Shown here piece after piece: positions 62,565 through 64,000 of a stretch of DNA of 64,000 nt. Position 1 is the stretch's first letter. The number at the start of each line of letters is the position of its first letter. A model generated the notes under the pieces. That model was not told where the DNA came from. It saw only the letters and a program-made list of their open reading frames with translations, and did no database searches. Where the stretch lies: NCBI GenBank assembly GCA_043826435.1, contig JBDRQF010000010.1, positions 1,818 through 65,817 of the forward strand. Reading direction: 5' to 3'. Both the position numbers and the translations under genes were made by a program. Source of the stretch: Elusimicrobiota bacterium. GTDB lineage: Bacteria; Elusimicrobiota; Endomicrobiia; CG1-02-37-114; JAHJSO01.

Positions 62565-63809
62565 ATGCAATCTATTTTCTCCATAGCAATATTGTGTATC
62601 CTTGTTCTAACAGGGGCTCGCTCCGAACTCTCCGCGGAGATTAAGATTGTTCCCGTGGGAAATCTCCAATTGACAGGCGGGCAGGCATTTTTGAAAAATG
62701 AAGCGACATCTTTCGGGAGCAACCTGAATATCTTTTTTGCCCCTGTGATTAACTTTTCTGCAAACACAGCCCTCCTGCCGATGTATTCAGGGGTATACCG
62801 CGGCACAAAGGACGTGCAGGAACTGGTTGGCGGGGGGACACTTACCAGAGAATATCTGGACAACTCCCTGTCATTAAAATTTGTTAACAGGTTCTCGGAA
62901 AACCTCAAGGGCAAGATCCGTGGCGGGTACAAGATTGAATATCTGAAGGAAACAAAGGACGAGGAATGGACAAAGGGCCTGTTTGATTACAACAAGACAA
63001 TCGTAGGGCTGGAGGTTGAAAAGATCTTCCCTGATGCAACCGTCAATCTACGGGCAGGGTACGATTATTACAAAATGGCATACCCAAACTATGCCACGCT
63101 GATTTCAAAAAATCAGTATCAGACATCAATTGATACTACAACCTACAAAGAGGTTTCAGCCAATGCAGGGGTAAACGTCCTGGATTACGATACACATGAA
63201 ATATTTATAGAAGCAGTAAAAGGTTTTAGCGATTCATTTACGGGGAAATTCCTTTATGACTTATCCCTGAAAAATTTCGCAGACCAGCATCTAATTGATG
63301 AGGCGGGCGCTTTTTCAACTACACTCAGAAAAGATACGATACACCTTGTGGGTTTCACCCTACAAACATCAGCACACAGGGCAGTTCTGTCTGTGGCTGA
63401 CTCAATACAATACTATACATCAAATCAAAACTCCTACGATGCTGGAAGGACACAGTTCATACCCAATTTCTATAATTTTGTCCAGAACAGCGTCGCCCCA
63501 TCAGTACTGTTTTATTTAGGCAGGAAACAGCCCTATGGCCGACTGAACTTCTGGTGGGAAATAACCCACAGAAAATACCAGGACCGCATTGCACAGAAAG
63601 ACGACGGGACATACACAGCAGAAAAGATATATCAGGCAACAAACACGCTGGGCTTCGCCCTTTCTTATCCCCTCGGTATCATGAAAGGACTTTCCGCAAG
63701 GGTGAGCGCCAACTACAGGGATGCATCCTCTAATATGAAATATGAGAAGTACTACAAATACAATTACTATATAACCAACTATTTCGCAGGTATTGAATGG
63801 GAGATGTGA
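62565..63809 (+). CDS. Putative outer membrane beta-barrel protein
   Basis: Signal peptide, Tyr/Phe-rich alternating strands, terminal YFAGIEWEM. Confidence 0.7.
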   Translation: MQSIFSIAILCILVLTGARSELSAEIKIVPVGNLQLTGGQAFLKNEATSFGSNLNIFFAPVINFSANTALLPMYSGVYRGTKDVQELVGGGTLTREYLDNSLSLKFVNRFSENLKGKIRGGYKIEYLKETKDEEWTKGLFDYNKTIVGLEVEKIFPDATVNLRAGYDYYKMAYPNYATLISKNQYQTSIDTTTYKEVSANAGVNVLDYDTHEIFIEAVKGFSDSFTGKFLYDLSLKNFADQHLIDEAGAFSTTLRKDTIHLVGFTLQTSAHRAVLSVADSIQYYTSNQNSYDAGRTQFIPNFYNFVQNSVAPSVLFYLGRKQPYGRLNFWWEITHRKYQDRIAQKDDGTYTAEKIYQATNTLGFALSYPLGIMKGLSARVSANYRDASSNMKYEKYYKYNYYITNYFAGIEWEM

Positions 63810-63832
63810 AAATCCCGGTTAACCGGAGGTAA

Positions 63833-64000
63833 ATGAAAATGAAAGTTAGAATTTTAGCCGTTTTGTCATTGTGTCTGTTTGTGCTTGTCCCTTGTGTTTC
63901 AGGCGCGGGGGCGACGTTGAACGTCAGAGTTCTGGATTCAAACGGTAATCCCGCTATGGCTGGTATCGCTGCCTTCGCCTTTCCTACATCCGGCGGCACT
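63833..64000 (+). CDS. Secreted protein, 3' truncated by window edge
   Basis: RBS GGAGG; MKMKVRILAVLSLCLFVLVPCVSGAGATLNVRVLDSNGNP..., frame open to the end. Confidence 0.75.
   Translation, partial: MKMKVRILAVLSLCLFVLVPCVSGAGATLNVRVLDSNGNPAMAGIAAFAFPTSGGT

Overview
Bacterial chromosomal segment from a diderm organism. Elusimicrobiota is my best guess, inferred from the pilin C-terminal motif, the LpxC-FabZ fusion and PorV plus T9SS-type cargo; this is not proven. Most of the window is core genes: bamA-skp-lpxD-lpxC/fabZ-lpxA-lpxI-gnnA-lpxB-msbA; a short rpmB missing from the ORF track; recG, coaD and pilB-pilT-pilC-pilin-pilD; an operon with three transcarbamylases (two knotted YgeW/AOTCase-like paralogs and one canonical ArgF), carbamate kinase and a ThrC-like PLP enzyme; and a long minus-strand run (yebC-ruvCAB-radical SAM-HDAC, queH-spoIID-queA-HD-tgt-HEAT-yajC-HD-secD-secF). 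Further right are wzm/wzt, two O-antigen-ligase-TPR genes, an AT-rich island between tRNA-Thr and tRNA-Phe (T9SS-type cargo, PorV, GT39-TPR), an ECF sigma/anti-sigma module and a FecR/outer-membrane operon. Best candidate for an undescribed system: the twin knotted-transcarbamylase/carbamate kinase/PLP-lyase module, a possible ATP-yielding ureide or purine-catabolite pathway. Other notable signals: a dispersed 45-46 bp TGCA-bounded element family, nested REP-doublet elements with compensatory hairpin changes, and two perfect CRP boxes on near-identical promoters. All protein calls are motif-based by eye; no database searches were run.
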